Source of the DNA: Squalus acanthias
Lineage: Eukaryota
Reading direction: 5' to 3'
DNA: 64,000 bases
Assembly: GCA_030390025.1 (NCBI GenBank)
Contig: CM059433.1
Coordinates: 2,790,001-2,854,000, forward strand
This document shows, one piece after another, positions 41,169 through 54,639 of this stretch; position 1 is the stretch's first letter, and every line of letters begins with the position of its first letter. The notes below the pieces were generated by a model. It was not told where the DNA came from. It was given only the letters and a program-made list of their open reading frames with translations, and did no database searches. A program made the position numbers and the translations under genes.

Positions 41169-41344
41169 TTAATGCTTTGTCAACTACCACCCCCCAGGTC
41201 CCTCTCCTGCTCTGCTGCTTTAAGTGAGTAACCCTACACGGTATACACATGCCAGGAATTGCCCATCTCAAATACATCACACTGCATTTATCCACAATGA
41301 AGGACATCTACCACACAGGGGGCCATTCTCCCTGTGTCTCTAGA

Positions 41345-41515
41345 TCAGCGCACGTCAACCCAAGCACCCCAACCACCCGCCCCTTCAACCACCGTCTGCC
41401 CCACCTGTGACAGAAACTGTAGGTCCCGCATTGGACTCATCAGTCACCTGAGAACTCATTTTTAGTGTGGAAACAAGTCATCCTCGGTTCCGAGGGACTG
41501 CCTAAGAAGAAGAAG
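41345..41515 (+). mobile_element. RTE-BovB 3' tail
   Basis: Matches the reverse complement of 9581-9735; (aag)n tail. Confidence 0.85.
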
Positions 41516-41735
41516 ACCTTATCGCAGGCCTTTTGAAAATCCAGATAAATTACATCTACTGCATTACCATTGTCTACTCTCTCTGTTTCCTCTTCAAAAA
41601 ATTCAATAAGGTTGGTCAAGCAAGACTTTCCCATTTGAAATCCATGTTGACTATTCATTATTATATTTTTGGTTTCTAGATGTTCTTCTATTTTCTCCTT
41701 TAGTAGGGATTCCATTATTTTTCCTACCACCGATG
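41516..41735 (-). mobile_element. CR1 RT fragment
   Basis: [20 protein letters not shown]...VDVIYLDFQKACDKV. Confidence 0.85.
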
Positions 41736-42134
41736 TTTTAACGAAGGCAGGATGAGGGGCTGGTGACCAATCCGCTCTCAGGAAGTTGGTCAGTCATTGA
41801 AATCATTTAAGAAGGTTGCCTATCTCCATTTTAACATGGTTTCTAGTTTTAACTCTTGTCAGCTGTGTTTCCCGGGCCTCGGGAAAGCTGGCAGGTAAAA
41901 GTCGACGAGAAGGGCTGAATCAATCCGATCTTTACAGCACGGCTTGTGGGCCAGGAGGAGCAGGAGTGTTTTCCCCTGGACGAACAAGCTAACCTATAAA
42001 ACCCCCGCGATCTATCTGACTTCCCACCCCAGCGATCTCCCCCTCCCGTGTGGCCCCGTAAATATCGGGGTCTGTGGCCTGGGTATTTACTGGGGCAGGT
42101 TACGTAGGCAGGGAGGCAGAGTTGCAACTCCACA

Positions 42135-42842
42135 GTGTGCATCAGGGAATGGGTGACCACCAGGCAGAGTAGGAGGTGCAGGCAGGTAGTGCAGGGGTCC
42201 CCTGTATCCATCCCCCTCAGATATACTGCTTTGGATACTGTTGGGGGGGATGACTTAGGGGAAGGCAGCAGCAGCCAACTTCCTGGCACCATGGGCGGCT
42301 CTGCTGCAGAGGCTGGGAGGAAAAAGAGTGGAAGAGCTATAGTGATAGGGGACTCAATTGTAAGGGGAATAGATAGGAGTTTCTGCGGCCGCAACCAAGA
42401 CTCCAGGATGGTGTGTTGCCTCCCTGGTGCAAGGGTCAAGGGCGTCTCGGAGTGGCTACAGAACATTTTGGAGGGGGAGGGCGAACAGCCAGCTGTCGTG
42501 GTGCACATAGGCACCAACGATATAGGTAAAAAAGGGGATGAGGTCCTAAAAGCAGAATATAGGGAGTTAGGAGGTAAATTAAAAAATAGGACCTCAAAGG
42601 TAGTAATCTCAGGATTGCTACCAGTGCCACGTGCTAGTCAGAGTAGAAATAGGAGGATATTTCAAATGAATACGTGGCTAGAGGAATGGTGCAAGGGGGA
42701 GGGATTCAAATTCCTGGGACATTGGAACCGGTTCTGGGGGAGGTGGGACCAGTACAAACGGGACGGTCTGCACCTGGGCAGGGCCGGGACCGCTGTCCTA
42801 GGGGGAGTGTTTGCTAGTGCTGTTGGGGAGGATTTAAACTAA
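42135..42842 (+). CDS. CR1 ORF1 (SGNH esterase-like domain), 5'-truncated
   Basis: GDSIVRG, HIGTND and DGLHL blocks; lies directly upstream of ORF2. Confidence 0.88.
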   Translation: MCIREWVTTRQSRRCRQVVQGSPVSIPLRYTALDTVGGDDLGEGSSSQLPGTMGGSAAEAGRKKSGRAIVIGDSIVRGIDRSFCGRNQDSRMVCCLPGARVKGVSEWLQNILEGEGEQPAVVVHIGTNDIGKKGDEVLKAEYRELGGKLKNRTSKVVISGLLPVPRASQSRNRRIFQMNTWLEEWCKGEGFKFLGHWNRFWGRWDQYKRDGLHLGRAGTAVLGGVFASAVGEDLN

Positions 42843-45781
42843 TGTGGCAGGGGGTTGAGAACCTGAGCAGGGAGACAGAGGAAAGCATGTCAGGAAGGGA
42901 CAGAAGGTATGGAGTAAAAGGTAAAGTGTTAAATAAGGAAAAAGCAGGAAGTAAGTGTCGCAAAACACATTTGAAAGTTCTTTATCTGAATGCACGTAGC
43001 ATTTGTAACAAAATTGACGAGTTAACGGCACAAATAACTATGTATGGGTATGATCTTGTGTCCATTACAGAAACATGGCTGCAGGGTGACAACGTCTGGG
43101 AATTAAATATGCCAGGGTATTTAACAATCAGGAAGGATAGGCAGGAAGGAAGGGGAGGGGGGGTGGCTATGTTAATAAAGGAAGGAATCACTGTAATACA
43201 GAGAAATGATATTGGGTCAAAAGATCAGGATAATGAAACAGTTTGGGTAGAGATAAGGAATAATAAGGGGAAAAAAACACTGGTGGGCGTAGTATATAGG
43301 CCTCCTAATAGTTGCAACTCTGTTGGAAGAAGTATTAATCAGGAAATAGTTGGGGCATGTAATAAGGGAACAGCTATAATTATGGGGGATTTTAACTATC
43401 ATATAAACTGGACAAATCAAATTGGGCAGGGCAGCCTTGAGGAAGAGTTTATTGAGTGTCTTAGGGATGGATTTCTTGAGCAGTATGTAACTGATCCTAC
43501 AAGGGGGCAAGCAACCTTGGACCTGGTACTGTGTAATGAGTCTGGATTAATTAATAATGTCCTAGTTAAGGATCCCCTTGGAATGAGTGACCATAACATG
43601 GTTGAATTCCATATCCAATTAGAGGGTGAGAAGGTTGGTTCTCAAACAAGCATACTGAGCTTGAATAAAGGAGACTATGATGGCATGAGAGCAGAATTGA
43701 TTAAAATGGTCTGGGAAAATAGATTAAAGGGTAAGACGGTACATGAGCAGTGGTGTTCATTCAAGGAGTTATTTTACAACTTTCAAAATAAATATATTCC
43801 ACTGAGGAAAAAAGGGTGTAAAAGAAATGACAGCCATCCATGGCTAAGTAAAGAAATTAAAGAAAGTATCCAACTAAAAACAAGGACATATAAGGTAGCC
43901 AAAGTTAGTGGGAGGATAGAAGATTGGGAAGTCTTCAAAAGACAACAAAAAGTAACTAAAGGATTGATTAAGAAAGGGAAAATAGACTATGAAAATAAAT
44001 TAGCAAAAAATATAAAAACAGATAGCAAGAGTTTCTATAGTTATATAAAACGAAAAAGGGTGGTTAAGGCAAACGTAGGTCCCTTAGAGGATGAGACCGG
44101 GAAATTAATGGTGGGAAACATGGAGATGGCAAAAATGCTGAACAAATATTTTGTTTCAGTCTTTACGGTAGAGGACACTAAGAATATCCCAACACTGGAC
44201 AAACAGGGGGCTCTAGTGGGGGAGGAGCTAAATACGATTAAAATCACTAAGGAATTGGTACTCAGTAAAATAATGGGACTCAAGGCGGATAAATCCCCTG
44301 GACCTGATGGCTTACATCCTAGGGTCTTGAGGGAAGTGGCAGTAGGAATTGTGGATGCTTTGGTAATAATTTTCCAATACTCCCTGAACTCAGCAAAGGT
44401 CCCGGCAGATTGGAAAACTGCTAATGTAACATCCTTATTTAAAAAGGGTTGTAGGCAGAAGGCTGGAAATTATAGACCAGTTAGCCTAACATCTGTGGTG
44501 GGTAAAATTTTGGAGTCTATTATTAAGGAGACAGTAACGGAACATTTAGATAAACATAATTTAATAGGACAAAGTCAGCATGGCTTTATGAAGGGGAAGT
44601 CATGTCTGACAAATTTGCTCGAGTTCTTTGAGGACATAACGTACAGGGTGGATAAAGGGGAACCAGTGGATGTAGTGTATTTAGACTTCCAGAAGGCATT
44701 CGACAAGGTGCCACATAAAAGATTATTACTCAAGATAAAAAATCACTGGATTGGGAGTAATATTCTGGCATGGGTGGAGGATTGGTTATCTAACAGGAAG
44801 CAGAGAGTTGGGATAAATGGTTCATTCTCGGACTGGCAACCAGTAGCCAGTGGTGTTCCGCAGGGGTCGGTGCTGGGTCCCCAACTCTTTACAATCTATA
44901 TTAACGATTTGGAGGAGGGGACCGAGTGTAACATATAAAAGTTTGCAGATGATACAAAGATGGGAGGGAAAGTAGAGAGTGAGGAGGACATAAAAAACCT
45001 ACAGGGGGATATAGACAGGCTGGGTGAGTGGGCAGAGATTTGGCAGATGCAATACAATATTGGAAAATGTGAGGTTATGCACTTTGGCAGGAAAAATCAG
45101 AGAGCAAGTTATTATCTTAATGGCGAGAAACTGGAAAGTACTGCAGTACAAAGGGATCTGGCGGTCTTGGTGCAAGAAAATCAAAAAGTTAGTATGCAGG
45201 TGCAGCAGGTGATCAAGAAAGCCAATGGAATGTTGGCTTTTATTGCTAGGGGGATAGAATATAAAAACAGGGAGGTATTGCTGCAGTTGTATAGGGTATT
45301 GGTGAGACCGCACCTGGAGTACTGCATACAGTTTTGGTGTCCATACTTAAGAAAAAACATACTTGCTCTCGAGGCAGTACAAAGAAGGTTCACTCGGTTA
45401 ATTCCGGCGATGAGGGGGTGGACATACGAGGAGAGGTTGAGTAGATTGGGACTCTACTCATTGGCGTTCAGAAGAATGAGAGGCGATCTTATTGAAACAT
45501 ATAAGATTGTGAAGGGGCTTGATCGGGTGGACGCGGTGAGGATGTTCCCAATGATGGGTGAAACTAGAACTAGGGGACATAATCTTAGAATAAGGGGCTG
45601 CTCTTTCAAAACTGAGATGAGGAGAAACTTTTTCACTCAGAGGGTAGTGGGTCTGTGGAATTTGCTGCCCCAGGAAGCTGTGGAAGCTACTTCATTAAAT
45701 AAATTTAAAACAGAAATTGACCGTTTCCTAGAAGTAAAGGGAATCAGGGGTTACGGGGAGCGGGCTGGAAATTGGACATGA
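42842..45781 (+). pseudogene. CR1 ORF2 (APE endonuclease + reverse transcriptase) with a single in-frame TAA at 44936-44938
   Basis: YLNARSI, ITETWL, GDFN, LDLV and SDH endonuclease motifs; RT motifs; TECNI*KFADD continues in the same frame to 45781. Confidence 0.93.
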
Positions 45782-45985
45782 GTTTGAGTTCGGATCGGTC
45801 AAGGCCCTGTGGGTGGCGGAGCGGGCCCAGGGGCCGAGTGGCCTGGTCCTGCTCCTACTTCTTGTGTTCTTTAGAGTTGAGGTTGGATCAGATCAGCCAT
45901 GATCTCATTGAATGGCGGAGCAGGTTCGAGGGGCCGATTGGTCTACTCCTGCTCCTATTTCTTATGTTCTTATGTTCTTATGTTC
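45782..45985 (+). mobile_element. CR1 3' UTR with two tandem diverged tail modules and (ttcttatg)3
   Basis: Two successive tggcggagc...ggggccga...cctgctccta.ttctt units. Confidence 0.8.
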
Positions 45986-46881
45986 TTTTACCCCCGACAG
46001 GTTCCCCACTTGGAAGTCAGCCTGATTGACAGACTTGGCTTCCAGTTGGGTGGGGAGCACTCCGGAGTAGGCCTTGGCGGGGGGGGGATCCAATCCTGGG
46101 TGGGGGGGGGATCCAATCCCCGACCCCGGGGGCCTTTGTTTCAGGGGAAGTGTCTGATGGTGGGGGAGCTTGGGGAGGACAGGGGGAAGCGCTCCTGCTC
46201 CTCCTGGCGCACAAGCAGTGCTGTAACGGCACTTACCTTCTCCCCAAGCTGTCCTCGCCTTGCTTCAGCTGTCGGGTTTCCCGTGGCCTGGGAAACCTGG
46301 CCGCCCACTGTAAAACCAGCAAAGCCGGTTAAATCAGAGGCTACCAGCCTCATTAACATATTTAAAATGCCAGCCCGCCTCCTGGGAGCGGATTGGCTGC
46401 CCGTCCCTTGTCCCACCTCCATAAAACCTGAAGTCGGGGGGTTGGAGTCGGTATCCCGACGCGCTCGGAATTTTTTCCCATTTAGCCACCCGCCCGCCCG
46501 CAGCCAATCCCACCCGCTCACCCATGATAAAATTGGGCTGGGTGGGAACACTCCTGCTCCCCCTGGCCCACAGGCACCTATTTCATGGATCCGGCACATC
46601 TCGCCTCCTTTTGCCTGCCGGGATTCCCGAGGCCCAGGAGTCATGGCCTCCATGAGTTACAAACAAAGATTCCATTACAATGGAGGCACGTAACCTCCTT
46701 AAACGATTTGTGACCGGCTGGGCTCCTGGGAGCTGATTGGCCGCCCGCCCCCCCCCCCCCCCCCACCCTCCTCCGTTAATACCGGAAGTGGGCCGGTTGG
46801 GGTCGTGTTTTGGGTTTTAAAATCTTTTAGCTTCCCCCCCCGCCCCCAACCCACCTGACCTTGGGGGTTAACATTTCCCCC
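45986..46881. mobile_element. Mosaic of GC-rich Harbinger-like MITE pieces
   Basis: Internal duplicated blocks (ctcctgct...ccacag; gattggc.gcccg; taaaacc.gaagt.gg) and termini such as gttaacatttccccc. Confidence 0.55.
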
Positions 46882-47529
46882 AATGCTTTACTTTTTATCT
46901 GACTACTGCTATGCTTGACCTTGCAGTGCTTGCTGACACAGATGGTCCAATTCCCAGCACTGCTCTCCTGCACGTCAGTGAGCTAAAGCAGCCCATCAAC
47001 CAGAGAGTTAGTCAGGGAATTATCAAGATTTTTGTAAGGAGTGGATTGACACAAAAGGTAGGGATAAATGTCATATTTCCGACATGAAACTGTAAATCAC
47101 AGCTACCGGAGGTCGACCAAGTATTAACACACATTAGGTAAGTATCAATTCTGGCAGGCTGCTTAATAATAAATCTACTAATCTACATTAATTCACTGCT
47201 ACATATTATTCTGCACTTATTCATGCTAAATAGTAAACCTATTAATCTACATTTATTCTTCGGCAATGTTTTAATTTCTCAGTTATACTGCATCACTAAA
47301 ATCTCACAAGGGAATTACATTTTGCTTTTGTTTTTCATCTTTGTGTGCTGAAAGACATTTGTAATTTGTATTAAAATTAAAATTTCAACATACCATCTCC
47401 ACGGAGCCAGAATTAAATCACTTTTTTGGTGTTTCTGAGAGTTCGTGCCTCCTTTCCGTGGGTTCCTGCGGTAACGAGCAGTTTGGAATTGTTGAGGAAA
47501 CCAGTCGGTCAACACACGTTAATCTCTCT

Positions 47530-50500
47530 GTATAGAATTTCACAGATGATACCCGAAACGCGAGGGTACACCTCTCAGGAAAGGATGAACAGGCTGGGTC
47601 TCTTTTCTCTTGAAAAGAGAAGGCTGAGGGGTGACCTAATAGATGTCTTTAAAATTGTGAAAGGTTTTGATAGAGTGGATACAGAGGCTGGAATTTTCTG
47701 GGGTCCGTGTGGGCGGGAATGGAGGCGGATCGGGAGGGAAATTTGAAAAAAGTGGGAGCGGGTCGGGAACCCGCCGTCATCCCGCCCCCACGCGCCTTTC
47801 CCTCCGGTGCGTTTGCCGGTGCGGCAGCGACCCGGCCGGCAGAGGCGGGCAACCTAATTGAAATCATTATAACCTTGTTTACAGGCTCTTAAGCGGCTTT
47901 TTCCCCCAACATTTCAAATTTACCTGCATGGCCACGGGTACCACGCTGTTCGGAGACCACGTCTGTCAACCTGAGGCGGGAGTTCAGTGGCCATTGCTCC
48001 AGCTGATTAGTTGACAGCATCAAATGTACAGTAAAAGCTCCCACCTGACAGATGATCACTTTCCTCAGGCAGAAGCTGTTGCTCAGTCCATTCCCAGCAC
48101 AGATTCTGCAGGCTGCAAGTCTTTCCAGCAAAGTCTCTATCCAATCTCACCTCATTGGAAAAACCTCTCTGACCATTGAAGATTGCTTCTGACATCTGTA
48201 CTTCACCTGCCATCTATTCCATCAACATGGATGTGGTTTATACTCCCTCATCTTGGTCCTCAGAATCTGACCACGATCAGCCCCAACACCAGCAGCAACA
48301 ACAACACCACCAACCTTCTCCGCAGTCACCTGATGCTGCACAGGACACAGAGCATCAGCACCCGAGCACATTGCTGCCCGGGAGGCCAGGGATGGCCTCA
48401 CCATGGCCAGATTTACTTCACTTGATGCTGTAAACCCTGGCTGCCACATGATGTGCCAGGTTGGCACCACCCCACACCAACACCATAAAGCATCCCTACA
48501 ATGTTCAAGCCATTCCTTTCACACTCACTACCATTGCTGGAGGTATCGTTATGTCTCACCATTCACTGCAACTCACTAAGCCACTTCCAAAGGTGCACAC
48601 AAATCTGTCCAAGACCGGAAAGTGTTGAAAATAAAGATTTTTTATGTTTGACAGCACATTAACAGAAACTTTACATGAACATTGGATAAAACACCCAAGT
48701 GGCTACCCTTGTGAATGTACTTGTGTGTCATCTTTCTCTTCCTCGTGCTTCTACGCGATGCTAGCCCTGTGGCTTCAGCAGATGTAGAGGCAGCCTGCTC
48801 ACTTCCCTGCTGCCAAGGAGCTGGAGAGCACCTTGCTGCACATCAGTGGGGCCATGAGGACCCACGTCTACGCTAACATCCCTCCTAGACAGGAGGTCTA
48901 TGAGCCTCTGCCATCTATTCTCCATCGAGATCATGTGCTCCTGTGAGTGGTGCATTAGCTGCTCCATGTAGGTGATCATCCTATCCATGGAGGAGCCGAC
49001 AGTCACCATCGCCTGCGACACGGTGCTGCTCATGAGGAGATGGACTCCTCCATTCTCTGAACATTTGCAGACATCGTGCTCGCAAAACCTGTCAGAGTCC
49101 CCTGCACGTCTTGCTACACCTCTAGGATCGCCCTCTTTCTGGATGGCCCCCGAGGTTCAGTGTCTGCATGCAGCTGAGCAGAGCTGGGAGCGTCCTGCAC
49201 TCTCCGGCGAGAAGTCTGCACTGCTGTCCCTGTCTCCACCATCTGCTCTTGTTCACTTGTGAGTTGAGACACCAGGTGACAACACTACTCTATCTCGTGT
49301 GGGACCCACCGAGATGTGCGTATCTGCGCTGGTGCTAGTGCGCTCATGTCTGATGACGCTGCGCCCTCAGAGGCTGGAGGTTCCTCTGAGGAGTCGTCTA
49401 CTCTTCCTCCTGGACAGTGGGGTGGGGGGGCTCTTGATGGACCTGTGGGAGAGTAAAGAAATGAGTTAGATATGTCATATGAAGAATGGGTACAGATACC
49501 ATTATGCACATGATGACCATTCACTGGCTGCTGACATCAGTTCCCATATGAGTGACTGATGTACGCCATGTAGCTGTATGATATGTAATTCTGTCACCAG
49601 GTTGCTGAGATGTTCCCCCCTCTCTCTCTCCCAGGTCCAGCTGCTCGGCGACTCCAGATATTTCTAAAGCAGCCTCCTCTGCTGTTGTAAGGTTTGCAAA
49701 TGATGGAGGGCCACTGTCGGTTCAACCCCTCTCCCTCTTATTTTGGGCTCTCTTTTCCTGCAAGGAGGGAAAGAAGAGAAGGTTGAGTTAGAGTGATGGA
49801 ATGAGTGTAAGGAATGGATGGGTTAGATCTTTAGAGGGAGACTATGATGGAGTGAGGTGCCAAAGCCAAGTGGCCTCCTTGTGTGTTGGTAGTTGGTATG
49901 ATTGCACTAGGATGAGGGTGAGTGTGAGGGGTGGCTTGTGAGATGGGAATGTGATAATGTAGATAGAGAGGGATGGGTGGAGGAGCAAGGTAAGTTGGTG
50001 TGAGTAAGGATGTACAGGAGTAGGGTAGGGAAGGCAGAGTGATGGGGATGTGATGAGAGGCACAGCAGGACGAGGTTGAGTGTGGCTTTGTACTCACATT
50101 TTCTGACCTAATGAGATCATTGAAGCGTTTACGGCACTGCACCCAGGTCCTCCTGACCACATCCCTGCTTGTGACCTCCTCTGCAATCTCCAATCAGGCT
50201 GTTTTGCTCTCCTGGTGAGGTCTCTTCTGCCCATTTGAAGGGAAGAGAACCTCTCTGCGTGCTCTGACTCCCTCGATAAGCATATGGAGGGAGTCATCAG
50301 AGAACCTGGGTGCAGCCCTCTGCCTCTGTGCAGTCATTGTCAAACTGTTTGCAGCATTCCAATGACAGCACTATGTTAGATTAAACTTCAAATGTAATGT
50401 GGCCATGGCCACTTGAATGATGTCACCAGACCCGCACCATTTCATTGGGCCGGGTAACGCGCAGGGTGGCTTAATAGGCCCTCTTAACGTAAAGTCGTTC

Positions 50501-50930
50501 TGTGGGGTGGGATGGAGCCAGCAACGGGGTCTCGACCCGCCATGGCCACCGTCCGCACCGGATCTGCCCAGGTAGGGAAAATTCCGGCCAGAGAGAATGT
50601 TTCCACTTGTGGGGAAGAGCAAAACTAGAGACCATCAATATAAGATAGTCGCCAAGAAATCAAATAGAGAATTCGGAAGAAACTTCTTTACCCAGAGTGT
50701 GGTGAGAATGCGGAACTCGCTACCACAGGGAGTGGTTGAGGTGAATAGTATAGATGCATTTATGGGGAAGCTAGATAAACATATTAGGTAGAAGGGAATA
50801 GAGGGTTACGCTGTTAGAGTTAGATGAGGAAAGACGGGAGGAGGCTCAAGTGGAGCAATAACGTTGGCTTGGACTGGTTGGGTAAATGGCCTGTTCTGTG
50901 CTATATATTCTATATATATATATATTCTAT
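47530..50930 (+). mobile_element. CR1 3' fragment split by a Harbinger (halves 47530-47685 and 50590-50930)
   Basis: LGLFSLEKRRLRGDLI...FDRVDT joins ERMFPLVG...RNFFTQ. Confidence 0.88.
47686..50589 (-). mobile_element. PIF/Harbinger element with three-exon Myb/SANT gene (-) and deleted transposase core
   Basis: TSD AGA (47683-47685 / 50590-50592); TIRs ggctggaattttc / gaaaattccggcc; MTAQRQRAAPRFSDDSL...RRTWVQCRKRFNDL. Confidence 0.92.
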
Positions 50931-51817
50931 GTAGGTTGCCAGAAAGCAAGCGAAGTTCAACATCCCATACAATCCTCAAACTGAACATACAGGTGTGTCC
51001 CTCTCATATTTATAATCTACCACATGATCTACTGCACTCTGTGTAATCCATTTTTCTTTTGAAGAAGTAATTACATGTGAGCGCATCTCTAGGAAACAAT
51101 GTGGGGCATCTTCAACTCTCGCCTCTGGTTATCTACTTGATGTCTGATGTTATATTTTGATACATCTATCACAATGCCCCATAGGTTTACCGCATTGTGC
51201 AAGATATAATAAGCTATAAAGAACAGGCAGACTTTCTTCAGGCTCACACTGTGATTGTTCCAAAAAAGAATCTGACATTTAATGATCTAAATGCGCTGTT
51301 GATAAATGTTTGAATGATTTCTGTAACTCTATACGTTGATGTTGTGCTTGCAGTTAGAGATCTAGCACAGAGGGCTTCAGCCAGTGCTTCAAACTGTAGA
51401 CTCTTTTGCTCGTTAAAGAGATCAAAATGTTAATATAAGAGATGAAGCTGACACAAAACATGATAGCTGAATGGCGCATACTTACCCAACAACCACTCAT
51501 AGGTTTCTATTCACAAACATCATGGCTGAACTGGATTCTATGACAATGTCTGTGGAGCACTGAGATTGCTGCACATCTATATATCTGTAAGAACTTCCAT
51601 GCTGTTTATTCCTGAATAGAAATATTTCCGCTTTCTGAAATCTTGCCAATAGTTGCTACCCGTCTGCCTTTGGAGCAGGTAGCCAGATATTTTCAAAAGG
51701 TAAACCAGATCCAAAAATCTGTTTAAGATATAAAAAAAAAGTCTGTTTTATTCAAAGCAACTGTGTGCCTTGACATTAATTAAGGCTAGCAGGTAGTAAG
51801 CCAAGATCCCACCCTAC

Positions 51818-52220
51818 CTTGAGTGCATAATCTAGGCTGACACTCCAGTGCAGTGCTGAAGGAGTGCTGCACTGTCAGAGGTGCCGTCTTTCGGATGAGA
51901 CGTTAAACTGAGGTCCCGTCTGCTCTCTCAGGTGGACGTAAAAGATCCCATGGCACTATTTCGAAGAAGAGCAGGGGAGTTATCCCCGGTGTCCTGGCCA
52001 ATATTTATCCCTCAATTAACATAACAAAGAAAAACAGATTCTCTGGTCATTATCACATTGCTGTTTGTGGGAGCTTGCTGTGCGCAAATTGGCTGCCGCG
52101 TTTCCCACATTACAACAATGACTACACTTCAAAAAAGTACTTCATTGGCTGTAAAGCACTTTGGGACGTCCGGTGGTCGTGAAAGGCGCTATAGAAATGC
52201 AAGTCTTTCTTTTCTTTTTC
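51818..52220 (+). mobile_element. Deu-domain SINE (SacSINE1/AmnSINE1/SINE3 superfamily), head truncated
   Basis: gtgccgtctttcggatgagacgttaaac...cccatggcact...ccccggtgtcctggccaa Deu core; tail ggcgctatagaaatgcaagtcttt. Confidence 0.88.
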
Positions 52221-53419
52221 TTGTTACCTAGTCCTCCGTCTGGTTTTAGACTTGGGAAAAGATGGTTATCTTAAGTATAGGTGCATGAATCGGCACACGA
52301 TTACAATCAATAGTGCCTGTGACAGTGAGAATGTCAGCCATGTTAAAGAAGGGATACACAGCTCTCAGCGACCACAGGAGTTTTGAAGGAAATCTAAGGT
52401 AACAGGAACCTCCAGTCATGACAACAGTCACTTGAAACTCCACAGTAACAGTGAATGTTAAAACAGCCTAGAACCAAAGTATGTCATCTGTAGATTATTT
52501 CAGAATTTGGGATTTCATTGCTGTCGCTCAGAGGTAAACTTCCTTTACGCAGCAGCAAATCCATTCCAAGTGATCATCTGCTCTTTGAAATCACGTACAA
52601 TTCAAAAAGTATTTTCAAATTCTTAGTAAGAATGGGGCTGCTAATGATTCCAAAACAACACACAAATGGGCCAACCTGAGTTAGCATTCAGATTTTTTAT
52701 GAAATAACGTGCAAAATTTTCTGGAGTTTTGTTTCCCTTATCCACAAAAATATTTTTGATAAGTTAATGACAATTCAGAAAATCATTCCTAAGATTCCTA
52801 GGATTTGCGTGCAAAATTATAAGCAGTGACTTGTATGGCAAAAAAGAAGATTGTGGGAGATAAGGTGTGGTCCAGGTTTTGAAATGGTGAGAAGAAAAGA
52901 TAATGGAGATGTAAGCAGACTGTCGTTCATTTCCATTGTGAGAGCAGGACTACAGGATGCAGGTGCAAAATTAACCACACTCAAGCAAGACGAGAAAACA
53001 GCAAAAAAGAAGACAAGCTAAATCAGCAAGTAGGCATTAAATGGTAATGGTTTGGCCATAAAAAGCTTGAGGGAGTAGTTTTAAAAAGGGAAGTCTGAGG
53101 AAGGTAAGTTGTTTCACCATTTTGAGGTATCCAACAGTCTCTTAAATGACTTCAAGGACTTTGCTTCCACGACTCTATCTGATTTATTTCATGTGTTGTT
53201 CAGTCTTTTCATGAAGAAGAATTTCCTGACATCAGTTTTAAATTTGCTTTTCGCCAGTTTCATTCTATGGTTCCTTGTTGCACTGTCAGGATTTATCTTT
53301 GTTGGTACCTTTTCTAAACTGTTGAACATTTTTTACACCTTTATAAGATCCCCTTGCAGTTGCCTCAATGAACAGCTGAAGTTTATCCAGCCTTTCTTCA
53401 TAATTCTTCTGGCACTAGG

Positions 53420-54222
53420 TCAACGGGGACGTGATGGAGGCGGGACTGCTGGTTGTCGGGTTTCAGTCCCGCCTCCAATGACGTCCGGCCAACCCACGCT
53501 ATTTTCCCTTGATTGACCTTGTTAAGTCCGCCCTGCGGGCTTAGCCGGCCAATGAAGGGAAAGCTGGTGACAGAGGACGTCAACGTATGACGTTTCATCT
53601 GTCAAAAATTTTTGTTTGGTGAGTCCTTGAGCCATCTTCCCAGGAGGTGGGTACCCGACCCGCGCCGGGTCCCATCTCCTCGAGGCGGGAAGGGGAAATC
53701 AGATGGCTGTTGCATCGGAGAATGCAGCCGCCATTCTGCTTTCTCTGCCGGTGAGATGAGGCAGCTCCGCAGCCTAAAGGGCTGAAGCTTGGAGGAAGAA
53801 GCAAAGGTAAGTAATCTTATTAAAACACTTTAGACTCACCTCACACACTTACCTCTCCACACTTGCACTCATCACTCACCAGCATACCGAACATTTCGGC
53901 CCCTCCGACCCCTGCAGACCCACGGCTCGCCTCGTTGACCCTGGCGAGGTTCGGAGCCATCGGGAAGCCCACAGTTTAGGGCTCAAAGTAGGGATTAGCC
54001 AAAAATCTGCCTGTTAACCACCTGTTAACAGGCAGTTAATTGGCACTAATCCCCTTCCCGCCCCGAGGAGACGGGACCCGGTGCGGGTCGGGTACCCACC
54101 TCCTGGGAAGATGGCACAGAGGCGGGTTTGGGGCGGGATGGGTACCTGCTCCCAGATTCTGCCATTTTCCCGGCAGTCCTGCCTCCATACCCGCCTCCCC
54201 AGGGCTGGGAAAATCGCCCCCT
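53420..54222. mobile_element. Second copy of the hairpin-rich MITE (1764-2610), rearranged, left TIR missing
   Basis: Collinear similarity to 1790-2610. Confidence 0.85.
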
Positions 54223-54639
54223 CGGGATCAGCCTCAAGGCTCTTCAATGCCTCTAAGGTTTCGATATCTCCCCTGTTTGGCAGTGCCAGTGTAGGCTGGC
54301 CATGCTATTGTACAGTTTCAGCATGGAATCCTCTGACTGTACTAACTTCACAATTCGTTTTAGCATTCTATTAGCATTATCGCTTACTACTTCACCACGA
54401 TTGGATGTCACCAACAATGTCTGTGAGTTTAAAGAATTTGTATTGTGTTTCTGAATCCAAGTTGTTGCTACAAGTTAGAAACAGTGGGGATCTCGCCCCG
54501 ATCCATCAGGTATTCCATTCAGAACTTTCCCCACCCCAACCTCACTCCCCTAGCAAGCACCCATTGTTTCCTCATCCAGTTGCACATTTTACTTTGAATT
54601 CTCATTGATTTGAACATATGTATCAGCTTTTAATGCACG

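Noticed and set aside
46927..47143. Exon-like segments with donors aag|gtaggg and tag|gtaagt
   Set aside because: Peptides not recognised, and the spacing between the two segments is too short for a typical intron
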